This document shows, piece by piece, positions 26,149 to 34,450 of a stretch of 64,000 bases of DNA. Under the pieces are notes generated by a model, which did no database searches, was not told where the DNA came from, and was given only the letters and a program-made list of their open reading frames with translations. The position numbers and the translations under genes were made by a program. The stretch comes from Bacteroidaceae bacterium (GTDB lineage Bacteria; Bacteroidota; Bacteroidia; Bacteroidales; Muribaculaceae). The stretch's first letter is position 1, and each line of letters opens with the position of its first letter. The DNA is taken from NCBI GenBank assembly GCA_963612465.1, contig CAVDUV010000006.1, positions 36,732 to 100,731 of the forward strand, read 5' to 3'.

Positions 26149-26167
26149 TGGTTGAAGACATTAAAAA

Positions 26168-26293
26168 TAAAGGCTGGCCGTGCGCGGATGCGCGGGCCAG
26201 CCTTTATTGTGGGGTTGTGGTAACGGGTCAGTGGTCGTAGAGGGCGAGGGCGCGGCGCAGGTTGTCGGCCAGCTGCACGCGCATCTCTTTGGG
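26168..26293. repeat. 126-bp direct repeat, right copy (island boundary; part of the intact WYL gene 3' end)
   Basis: Matches 20937..21062 with 3 mismatches. Confidence 0.95.
26169..26205. terminator. GC-rich hairpin (bidirectional terminator), right copy
   Basis: Same hairpin as 20938..20974. Lies 20 nt after the amidohydrolase stop and 22 nt after the WYL gene stop. Confidence 0.7.
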
Positions 26294-27127
26294 CCGCAGC
26301 ACTTCTATTGAGGGGCCCAACGACAGCAGTTTCTGCATTAGGTCGTAGGTGAACCGCATGCGGTAGGTGAATATCGAGTAGGCATCGTGCAACTCTTCGC
26401 GCTGCGAGTGGTGCAGCGGCAGTCCGCGCAGATATTTGGCCTGTGTCACATTGGCTTTAATCACAATGTCCTTTGGCTCGCTTTGGTCGGTGCTGATGCC
26501 GAAGCAGTCGGCATAATACTCCCGCGGGCTGAAGCTTTCGGGCATCGTGAAACTGTGGTTGGTTATGACAAGGTGGCTCATGCGGTCGAGCGAGTAGGTC
26601 TTGATGCACTTGTCGGCCACGTTGAATCCTATCACATACCACCGTTGCTCGAAGATTTTAACAAAGTATGGCTCCACTTTCACGCCATAGTTCAAGTTCA
26701 CACGGCTATAGTTGTTGTAGCTGAAGGTGATGCGCTTGTTTTGCCGCATTGCCTCAATCACCACCGGCAGGTTGCCGCGGCTCGAGGGCACGTCTTCGAG
26801 CATAATGCGCGCCGACATGTCGTGTGAGTCGCTTAGCACGCCGCTTATCGACACCGAGTTGAGCAGCCACTCCTGGAACTGCAGGTTGCTTTCGCTGGTG
26901 TCAGGGTCGATATAGTATTCGTAGGTCGACGTGTCGCACATGATGTCGATGCTGAACGTGTCGGCAATGCCATGGCGGTAGTTATAGAACGTGCGTCTGG
27001 CCAGTGGCTCACCCTCGCTGATGTCGGCCTCGAGCCAGAGCCGGTTGAGCTCCTCGCGGGTGATGCGCTTGTAGCGCTTGATGGTGGTGATAATCCACAC
27101 ATATTTGTTGATCAGATTGCGTGCCAT
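26228..27127 (-). CDS. WYL domain-containing transcriptional regulator
   Basis: 299 aa. N-terminal wHTH-like region, central ...FEQRWYVIGFNVADKCIKTYSLDRM (WYL-type motif), C-terminal WCX-like domain. Confidence 0.75.
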   Translation of the reverse strand: MARNLINKYVWIITTIKRYKRITREELNRLWLEADISEGEPLARRTFYNYRHGIADTFSIDIMCDTSTYEYYIDPDTSESNLQFQEWLLNSVSISGVLSDSHDMSARIMLEDVPSSRGNLPVVIEAMRQNKRITFSYNNYSRVNLNYGVKVEPYFVKIFEQRWYVIGFNVADKCIKTYSLDRMSHLVITNHSFTMPESFSPREYYADCFGISTDQSEPKDIVIKANVTQAKYLRGLPLHHSQREELHDAYSIFTYRMRFTYDLMQKLLSLGPSIEVLRPKEMRVQLADNLRRALALYDH

Positions 27128-27160
27128 TTTCTCTGCGGAGTGATTGCTTGGGTGGGGGAG

Positions 27161-28621
27161 TTATGCGTTGACGGCTTTCTTGCCCGTCGACAGCAGGGCA
27201 AGGCCGGCCATGGTGAGCACGGCGTTGAGCAGGAGCAGCTCAAAGCCCAGCGTGTAGCCAAACGAGTTTTTGAGCCATTGCTGCACAAAGAAGCTGATGA
27301 TGGGTGCTGCGATGCACACAACGGGCACAAGGCGGTCACGCACGGCGCTCTTGCACATCATGCCAAAGGCAAAGAGGCCCAGGATGGGGCCGTAGGTGTA
27401 GCTTGCCAGGGTGTAGACGGCGCTTATGGCGTCGCTGTTGCTGATGAGGTAGAACACATAGATAACGATGCCCATGCCGGCAGCCATCGACACGTGCACG
27501 AGTTTGCGTGTGTGCGACAGCGTAGAGTCGTCTTGCTTGCGGTCGGCCTCAAGGATGTCGACGGTAAACGATGTGGTGAGCGATGTCAGGGCCGAGCCGG
27601 CAGCCGAGTAGGCAGCGGCTATGAGGCCGAGGATAAACAGGATGCCCACAATGATAGGCATGCCGGGGTCGGCAGCCACAAGGCCAAACAGCTCATCGCT
27701 CTTTTCGGGCTGGGCAAGGCCTTTGGCGCGGGTGTAGAGCACGAGCAGTGTGCCCAGAATGAGGAACAGGCTAATCACAAAGAATTGTGTGATGCCGCTC
27801 ACGATAAGGTTTTTCTGCGACTCCTTGGCGTTCTTGCAGGCAAGGCTGCGCTGCATCAGGTCTTGGTCGAGTCCGGTGGTGGCGATTACCATAAACACGC
27901 CGGCAATAAACTGCTTCCAGAAGTAGGTGCCCTCTTTGGGATTGTCGAAGAAGAACACGCGCGATGTCTCGTCGCCTGCCACAGCTTTCACCATGCCGGC
28001 GAAGTCATATCCGAGGCCCTTGGCAATGAAGAAGATGCATAGCACCACCGACATCACCAGGCAGAAGCTCTTGAGCGTGTCGGTCCAAATCACGGTCTTC
28101 ACACCGCCTTGCAGCGTGTACAGGAAAATGAGGGCGATGGTGGCCACCACATTGACTATAAACGGCACTCCAAGCGGACCGAACACAAGCAATTGCAGCG
28201 TGACGCACACCACATAGAAACGCACGGCCGCACCAAGCATTTTGCTGATGAAGAAGAACCATGCACCGCTCTTGTGGGTGCCGGCACCGAACCGCTGCTC
28301 AAGGTAGCCGTAAATCGACACCAAATTGCGCTTGTAGAACAGCGGAATGAGCACATAGGCAATGACAAAGTAGCCCACCACGAAACCCAGCACCATTTGC
28401 AGGTAGCTGAATCCCTTGGCCACCACCATGCCGGGAACTGAGATGAATGTGACACCCGAGATGGGGGCACCGAGCATGGCAATAGCCACAATAAACCACG
28501 GCGCCTGGCGGTTGCCGTTGAAAAAACTTGCGTTGTCGCTGCCTCGTGAGGCTATCCACGACACCAGAAACAAAACGATGAAGTAGCCGACAATTGTGGC
28601 CAATACAATCCAAGGGGTCAT
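27161..28621 (-). CDS. sodium:solute symporter family transporter
   Basis: 486 aa, about 13 TM helices, SSF-like N-terminus (ASRGSDNASFFNGNRQAPWFIVAIAMLGAPISGVTFISVPG). Confidence 0.85.
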   Translation of the reverse strand: MTPWIVLATIVGYFIVLFLVSWIASRGSDNASFFNGNRQAPWFIVAIAMLGAPISGVTFISVPGMVVAKGFSYLQMVLGFVVGYFVIAYVLIPLFYKRNLVSIYGYLEQRFGAGTHKSGAWFFFISKMLGAAVRFYVVCVTLQLLVFGPLGVPFIVNVVATIALIFLYTLQGGVKTVIWTDTLKSFCLVMSVVLCIFFIAKGLGYDFAGMVKAVAGDETSRVFFFDNPKEGTYFWKQFIAGVFMVIATTGLDQDLMQRSLACKNAKESQKNLIVSGITQFFVISLFLILGTLLVLYTRAKGLAQPEKSDELFGLVAADPGMPIIVGILFILGLIAAAYSAAGSALTSLTTSFTVDILEADRKQDDSTLSHTRKLVHVSMAAGMGIVIYVFYLISNSDAISAVYTLASYTYGPILGLFAFGMMCKSAVRDRLVPVVCIAAPIISFFVQQWLKNSFGYTLGFELLLLNAVLTMAGLALLSTGKKAVNA

Positions 28622-28672
28622 TTCAAATAAAGTGTTATTTTGTTAATAGGGTATAAAATGCGTCGGGCCGAA

Positions 28673-29917
28673 TCATTCGCTGTAGAGCAGGTACTGCTGA
28701 CGCTGTTTTTTGAATTTCTCGATATCGGGTTGCCATGAGGCTTTTATCTCGTCGGCACTCTTGCCGGCCATGATCATTTTGCGCAACCCGTTGCCACCGG
28801 CCAGCAGGTCGAAGAAGCGGGTGAAGAATTTCTCGCCAATGTTGAGGGTGCGGTAGGCGTCGATCACATAGTTGAGGTTGATGCCGCCGGCTATCACACT
28901 GTCGGGGTCGGCATTGCGCAGGTCGGTGCCGTAGCACAGCTTGTCGAGTTGCGGTGGGTTCTTGGCTCCGGGGATGCTGCGCGGTGTGAAGGTGAAATCG
29001 TGACCGGCTTTCATGTCGGGATGGCCATAGACTTGGAATGGAGCCAGTGTGCCACGGCCCAGACTCACCGGTGTGCCCTCAAAGAAGCATGTCGACGGGT
29101 AGAGGTAGACCGATGTCATGTTGGGCAGGTTGGGCGACGGAGCTATGGGCAGCTGGTAGCGAGTGTGGCGTGTGTAGTTCTCGCAAGGCACAACCGTGAG
29201 ATTGGCTTTTTTGCCGCCGTCGAGCCATCCTTCGCCGTTGGCCATGCGGGCAAGCTCGCCCATTGTCATGCCATACACGATGGGTATGGGCAGATAGCCG
29301 ACACCCGACTTGAACTTCATGTCGAGAATCGGTCCGTCGACATACATTATGTTTGGGTTCGGGCGGTCAAACACCACCACTTGCTTGCCATACTTGTTGC
29401 AGGCATCCATTATGTGAATCATTGTCACATAGTAGGTGTAGAATCGCAAGCCCACATCTTGCAGGTCGACCACCACCACGTCCACCTTGTCCATGGTTTC
29501 CTTGCTGGGCATAGGCAGAGATCCGTCGTAGAGCGACGCGATGGGTATGCCTGTGGGCTCATCTATGCTGTTGCCCACCTTCTCTCCCGCATCGGCCTTG
29601 CCGCGGAATCCGTGTTCGGGCGACAGAATGGTTACTACTTTTATGCCTTGGCCGAGCATCACGTCGAGCACGTGCTTGTTGCCCACGATGCCCGTCTGGT
29701 TGCTTAGCAGGGCCACGCGCTTGCCCTTGAGCAGTGGCACATATACATCGGTGCGTGCTGCGCCCACCACCACTGGAGCATTTTTGCGCTCGCAGTGTGT
29801 GGCTGCGCATGAGGCCTTGTTGTTGCTGTTGTTGTCGGCACAAGCCGTTATGGCCTGGGCCGAAGCAAAACATGCGGCGCAGGCAAGTGTGAGAATTGAT
29901 GTTTTAAGCAGATTCAT
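28673..29917 (-). CDS. DUF1343 family protein (NamZ-like exo-beta-N-acetylmuramidase)
   Basis: Signal peptide. RTDVYVPLLKGKRVALLSNQTGIVG, VVVDLQDVGLRFYTY and similar segments are typical of DUF1343. Confidence 0.75.
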   Translation of the reverse strand: MNLLKTSILTLACAACFASAQAITACADNNSNNKASCAATHCERKNAPVVVGAARTDVYVPLLKGKRVALLSNQTGIVGNKHVLDVMLGQGIKVVTILSPEHGFRGKADAGEKVGNSIDEPTGIPIASLYDGSLPMPSKETMDKVDVVVVDLQDVGLRFYTYYVTMIHIMDACNKYGKQVVVFDRPNPNIMYVDGPILDMKFKSGVGYLPIPIVYGMTMGELARMANGEGWLDGGKKANLTVVPCENYTRHTRYQLPIAPSPNLPNMTSVYLYPSTCFFEGTPVSLGRGTLAPFQVYGHPDMKAGHDFTFTPRSIPGAKNPPQLDKLCYGTDLRNADPDSVIAGGINLNYVIDAYRTLNIGEKFFTRFFDLLAGGNGLRKMIMAGKSADEIKASWQPDIEKFKKQRQQYLLYSE

Positions 29918-30114
29918 AATTTATGAAAATAGTACGTAAATACGTGGTTTTTAGGTTGCTGTTGAATTACGCGACAATTGCGTGCTGCATTGCCTGAGAA
30001 GGTGGCTTTAGGCGATGCTGAATGCAAAGTTAGTAAAAATGCGCTACTGTTAAAATAATTGTGGGCAAAAATGTAGCACACCCTTCACGGTGTGGGGCCA
30101 AAGTGCAAAGTCAC

Positions 30115-30155
30115 AAAAAAGATTCATGCCAACGCTTTTACGGGTTGGCATGAAT
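30115..30155 (-). terminator. rho-independent terminator after serpin copy 1
   Basis: attcatgccaac / gttggcatgaat is a 12-bp stem. A T6 run follows on the minus strand. Confidence 0.75.
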
Positions 30156-30193
30156 TACTTGTATGGCACAAATGTGCTATTGAAAAAGCGGTG

Positions 30194-31444
30194 TTATTTC
30201 GAGAATTGCTTGATGCTTATTGTTTTACCCATAAACAGGATGGCGCCGCTATTGCACTCGCGGATTATGTAGATGAATGGGCTGTCGACAATGAAACAGT
30301 TAGGGGCGACAGCGGTGTAGTCATCGGTTGCTCCTGAGGCTACTTTAATTTGGGTTCCGTGTTCGTCCACATCGATGGATGCAGATTGCTTGACAACGCC
30401 CAAAGCCGATTTCGTTGTTGAGAATTTTCCGAAATCAGCATTTTGTGATAATGCTTGATTAATGCCCATGGCAGTAAGAATATGCTGAAGGTCGTAATTG
30501 AATTCTCCTTTGAATTTGGGAAGCCCTATTTTATATGGGCCATTGCCGGGGTTCTTGGCGGCATTGTCGAGCATGTAGTAGAAATCATCCAAAGTCATTT
30601 CGGTTATGTATTTGTTGATGTCAATGCTCCGGTTGGGCAACAGGATGTCCATCTCGAAGGAGCCTTTGTAAGGAATTTTAAGCAGGCTCACGAAGTCGCT
30701 GTCGGCGTAGTGCTCAAGCATAAGGTCTTGGAACATCATGGGCACTTTTTCGCTTATGTTCTTGTAGTTGTGGAAGATGTCATCGCAGGTGTTTTTTTCG
30801 TCAAACGGGTTTGCCCACCACCCATCAAAAGTTGTTGCGTTTACGACACAAAAGCCCGCATTTGCTGGAATTCCTTCAAAAAGAGATGGTATTTTGCCGC
30901 TAGTGGCATCGCTGACCCATTTGTTCACAATGCCAACGGCCTCGTTGCTGTAAAAATCTGCTCCCTTGAAACTTGTGCCATAATTGCTGGTGCAGTTCTT
31001 TACAAACTCGTCGAGAACGCTATAGCGGTTGTTGTATACGAAGAAGTTTGAAGTCGTGAATTTTGTGTTGGGCACGCATTTTGGCAGGTCTTCGCGCAGG
31101 TGTTTATAGTAACTGTTCACCTCATTGATGTCGTAGCTGATGCCAAGCGCTTTCACTATTTCGTTGTAAGTGTTGCCCTGTGCTCCGTTTGCCAGCATTG
31201 CCAGCACTTGTGCCATGCTGTAGGGCGAGATGAATGTGTTGTCATTCTCGTGCGCATTGTTGAGTGTCTTGAAGAGGTTGAAGGCAAAGTCGTTGGCTTC
31301 GGTAGTTATTTTTTGCTCGGTGGCCGATAGTTGTATCTTTTGATATCCGTTTTCTTGAGGCTCATCGCCTGTGTGATTGCAGGCAGTGGCTACTAGCAAT
31401 GTGGTTGCCGCAATAACGGTGTGCTTGAAATTAAAATGTCTCAT
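30194..31444 (-). CDS. serpin family lipoprotein, copy 1
   Basis: Lipobox LLVATAC. Serpin signatures FISPYSMAQVLAMLANGAQGNT and hinge/RCL region DEHGTQIKVASGATDDYTAVAPNCFIVDSPFIYIIRE. Aligns to the alpha-1-antitrypsin C-terminus by eye. Confidence 0.85.
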   Translation of the reverse strand: MRHFNFKHTVIAATTLLVATACNHTGDEPQENGYQKIQLSATEQKITTEANDFAFNLFKTLNNAHENDNTFISPYSMAQVLAMLANGAQGNTYNEIVKALGISYDINEVNSYYKHLREDLPKCVPNTKFTTSNFFVYNNRYSVLDEFVKNCTSNYGTSFKGADFYSNEAVGIVNKWVSDATSGKIPSLFEGIPANAGFCVVNATTFDGWWANPFDEKNTCDDIFHNYKNISEKVPMMFQDLMLEHYADSDFVSLLKIPYKGSFEMDILLPNRSIDINKYITEMTLDDFYYMLDNAAKNPGNGPYKIGLPKFKGEFNYDLQHILTAMGINQALSQNADFGKFSTTKSALGVVKQSASIDVDEHGTQIKVASGATDDYTAVAPNCFIVDSPFIYIIRECNSGAILFMGKTISIKQFSK

Positions 31445-31467
31445 AATCAGTTGATTTTAAAAGTTTG

Positions 31468-32919
31468 TTAGTTCGTTGATTTGAATCCGTATAATAAATA
31501 TCTGATTTTTTCGACTGAGGTGGTGTTGTCTTTTGATAAAGTGACACCCCAGGTGGGCTCGTATGTGCACTCTACAGCGTCATAGGCGCCTGCGAAGTCG
31601 GAGCCTCCGGCATGGTAGGAGTAAGCCAAATAATATGTGTTGTTATAGCTTTGCCCCCATCCCCAATTCATCCGCAGGTAGGTGTATTTGATTCCGTCAC
31701 GCTCGATTTGCATTTCGGTGTCGCCTGATGCTGATTGCATGAACATCCATGATGGGTATCGGTTGTATTCCTCCTCGGTGATTCGGTGTGACTCGTCCCA
31801 CTCATAGTTTATGACCATCTTGTCCTCGTTGGTTCGCGCACCGTCAATGATGAATGTGTGCCCGCCGTCGGAAGCTCCATTGTTGTCAACCATCTTTCCG
31901 GCGACATAGACTGGGCATCCCGACCTTAAGTTGGACATTACCGTGGTAAAGTTGTAGTTGTCGCTCTTGCTGAATGACAACTTGTAAGGACTGAACGCTT
32001 TGGATTCCTTGTCTCCTGTTGTGGAACCTGCATCCCAAGTGTATGTTGTTCCCAAAATTGAGCCTAGGTAGGCGATGAACATGGCCTGGGTGTTGCTGGA
32101 TGAGAAAATTGAGCTCCATCCGTCGGTTGAAAATCCAGTGACGCCGAACCAGTTGTCATTAATTGTGGGCATGTGTGCTGCCGAAGGCAGTGTGGTGCCC
32201 AAATTGTTGCCGGCCCGATAGTGTGCTATGATTTGGCCGCAAGCCACAGGAATGCAACCGGCTGGACAATGCCGCCAAGATCCAGCAGAATCTTGCCGCA
32301 TAACAGTGTAGTTGTTGTAAGGACTGTTTTGATTCCAACTGGTTTTAATAATGTGTGGGATTTCGTCGGTGTTGCTTACATATGCCGAATCGGTGGCAAT
32401 CCACATTCCGTCGCCATATGCTGAGCGCCTTTTTGCTTTGCTGGCACCTTTTTCAAGGCCTTGCCGATTGGTGTCAATCAGCGCCCAAACAGGGTCTCTG
32501 TGCGTCTCTCCGCTTGCTCTCATTGCGGCTACGCGGTCAATAAGACCTTGAATGCTCTGGATGGCAGGATTCTCGACATCGAGCAGATTAAGCACGCCCT
32601 CGTCGGAGAAAGCGAGTACAGGCGGCATGCGTTGGTCGCCCGATATCAGTTTCCACCCTTTGTCGAGGTTTACACAATAGGCCAGGGTGTCACCGCCTTC
32701 ACAGATAGGTATAATACTCCTTACCCTGGCACTCTTGTGGGCTGTGTTTAGGAACTTGCTGAGCATCTGGCGAGTCACGCCATAGTTGATTGTGGATGCG
32801 TCTGCGCTGGTTTGTGCGCTTGTCACATCGGGCGAGCTCTCGAAAATGTCAGCCTCGTTGCAGCCGGTCAGCAATAGCCCGGCGGCAATAAGGTTTAGTA
32901 GTGAAAATGTTACTCTCAT
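31468..32919 (-). CDS. C10 (streptopain-like) cysteine protease lipoprotein with N-terminal propeptide/inhibitor-like domain, copy 1
   Basis: Lipobox LLLTGC. WNQNSPYNNY, candidate catalytic Cys in PAGCIPVACGQIIAHY, His in GGHTFIIDG, NWGWG. Confidence 0.85.
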   Translation of the reverse strand: MRVTFSLLNLIAAGLLLTGCNEADIFESSPDVTSAQTSADASTINYGVTRQMLSKFLNTAHKSARVRSIIPICEGGDTLAYCVNLDKGWKLISGDQRMPPVLAFSDEGVLNLLDVENPAIQSIQGLIDRVAAMRASGETHRDPVWALIDTNRQGLEKGASKAKRRSAYGDGMWIATDSAYVSNTDEIPHIIKTSWNQNSPYNNYTVMRQDSAGSWRHCPAGCIPVACGQIIAHYRAGNNLGTTLPSAAHMPTINDNWFGVTGFSTDGWSSIFSSSNTQAMFIAYLGSILGTTYTWDAGSTTGDKESKAFSPYKLSFSKSDNYNFTTVMSNLRSGCPVYVAGKMVDNNGASDGGHTFIIDGARTNEDKMVINYEWDESHRITEEEYNRYPSWMFMQSASGDTEMQIERDGIKYTYLRMNWGWGQSYNNTYYLAYSYHAGGSDFAGAYDAVECTYEPTWGVTLSKDNTTSVEKIRYLLYGFKSTN

Positions 32920-33098
32920 AATATTAATGTGCTGTTACGCTTGGTTTTTCTGCGACTATAATAAAATCGTGTGCGGCAAATATATTAATTGTTTGTCAAA
33001 CACCACCCCAAAAATGTAAAATATTTTAATACACATTGCATTTTTTAAAAAGTGTTTTAAAAAGCACACCCCTGCGTAGAGACAAAGTGCAAAGTCAC

Positions 33099-33138
33099 AA
33101 AAAAATTCATGCCAACGCTTTTACGGGTTGGCATGAAT
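33099..33138 (-). terminator. rho-independent terminator after serpin copy 2
   Basis: Same hairpin as copy 1, followed by T7 on the minus strand. Confidence 0.75.
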
Positions 33139-33176
33139 TACTTGTATGGCACTAATGTGCTATTGAAAAAGCGGTG

Positions 33177-34427
33177 TTATTTCGAAAATTGCTTGATGCT
33201 TATTGTTTTACCCATAAACAGGATGGCGCCGCTATTGCACTCGCGGATTATGTAGATGAATGGGCTGTCGACAATGAAACAGTTAGGGGCGACAGCGGTG
33301 TAGTCATCGGTTGCTCCTGAGGCTACTTTAATTTGGGTTCCGTGTTCGTCCACATCGATGGATGCAGATTGCTTGACAACGCCCAAAGCCGATTTCGTTG
33401 TTGAGAATTTTCCGAAATCAGCATTTTGTGATAATGCTTGATTAATGCCCATGGCAGTAAGAATATGCTGAAGGTCGTAATTGAATTCTCCTTTGAATTT
33501 GGGAAGCCCTATTTTATATGGGCCATTGCCGGGGTTCTTGGCGGCATTGTCGAGCATGTAGTAGAAATCATCCAAAGTCATTTCGGTTATGTATTTGTTG
33601 ATGTCAATGCTCCGGTTGGGCAACAGGATGTCCATCTCGAAGGAGCCTTTGTAAGGAATTTTAAGCAGGCTCACGAAGTCGCTGTCGGCGTAGTGCTCAA
33701 GCATAAGGTCTTGGAACATCATGGGCACTTTTTCGCTTATGTTCTTGTAGTTGTGGAAGATGTCATCGCAGGTGTTTTTTTCGTCAAACGGGTTTGCCCA
33801 CCACCCATCAAAAGTTGTTGCGTTTACGACACAAAAGCCCGCATTTGCTGGAATTCCTTCAAAAAGAGATGGTATTTTGCCGCTAGTGGCATCGCTGACC
33901 CATTTGTTCACAATGCCAACGGCCTCGTTGCTGTAAAAATCTGCTCCCTTGAAACTTGTGCCATAATTGCTGGTGCAGTTCTTTACAAACTCGTCGAGAA
34001 CGCTATAGCGGTTGTTGTATACGAAGAAGTTTGAAGTCGTGAATTTTGTGTTGGGCACGCATTTTGGCAGGTCTTCGCGCAGGTGTTTATAGTAACTGTT
34101 CACCTCATTGATGTCGTAGCTGATGCCAAGCGCTTTCACTATTTCGTTGTAAGTGTTGCCCTGTGCTCCGTTTGCCAGCATTGCCAGCACTTGTGCCATG
34201 CTGTAGGGCGAGATGAATGTGTTGTCATTCTCGTGCGCATTGTTGAGTGTCTTGAAGAGGTTGAAGGCAAAGTCGTTGGCTTCGGTAGTTATTTTTTGCT
34301 CGGTGGCCGATAGTTGTATCTTTTGATATCCGTTTTCTTGAGGCTCATCGCCTGTGTGATTGCAGGCAGTGGCTACTAGCAATGTGGTTGCCGCAATAAC
34401 GGTGTGCTTGAAATTAAAATGTCTCAT
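33177..34427 (-). CDS. serpin family lipoprotein, copy 2
   Basis: The 416-aa translation is identical to 30194..31444. Confidence 0.85.
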   Translation of the reverse strand: MRHFNFKHTVIAATTLLVATACNHTGDEPQENGYQKIQLSATEQKITTEANDFAFNLFKTLNNAHENDNTFISPYSMAQVLAMLANGAQGNTYNEIVKALGISYDINEVNSYYKHLREDLPKCVPNTKFTTSNFFVYNNRYSVLDEFVKNCTSNYGTSFKGADFYSNEAVGIVNKWVSDATSGKIPSLFEGIPANAGFCVVNATTFDGWWANPFDEKNTCDDIFHNYKNISEKVPMMFQDLMLEHYADSDFVSLLKIPYKGSFEMDILLPNRSIDINKYITEMTLDDFYYMLDNAAKNPGNGPYKIGLPKFKGEFNYDLQHILTAMGINQALSQNADFGKFSTTKSALGVVKQSASIDVDEHGTQIKVASGATDDYTAVAPNCFIVDSPFIYIIRECNSGAILFMGKTISIKQFSK

Positions 34428-34450
34428 AATCAGTTGATTTTAAAAGTTTG

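Larger units (their letters stand above)
21063..26167 (+). mobile_element. AT-rich 5.1-kb inserted island (RiPP-like cassette); no recombinase gene
   Basis: Bracketed by the 126-bp direct repeats. Spot G+C counts are 18/60 at 22321-22380, versus 36/60 at 20281-20340 and 41/60 at 27181-27240. All genes are on the + strand. Confidence 0.7.
30099..33046. repeat. tandem duplication unit 1 (serpin plus C10 protease operon)
   Basis: Period 2983 bp. All ORFs in every frame between 30194 and about 32950 recur identically at +2983. Differences occur only in the flanking non-coding ends. Confidence 0.95.
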
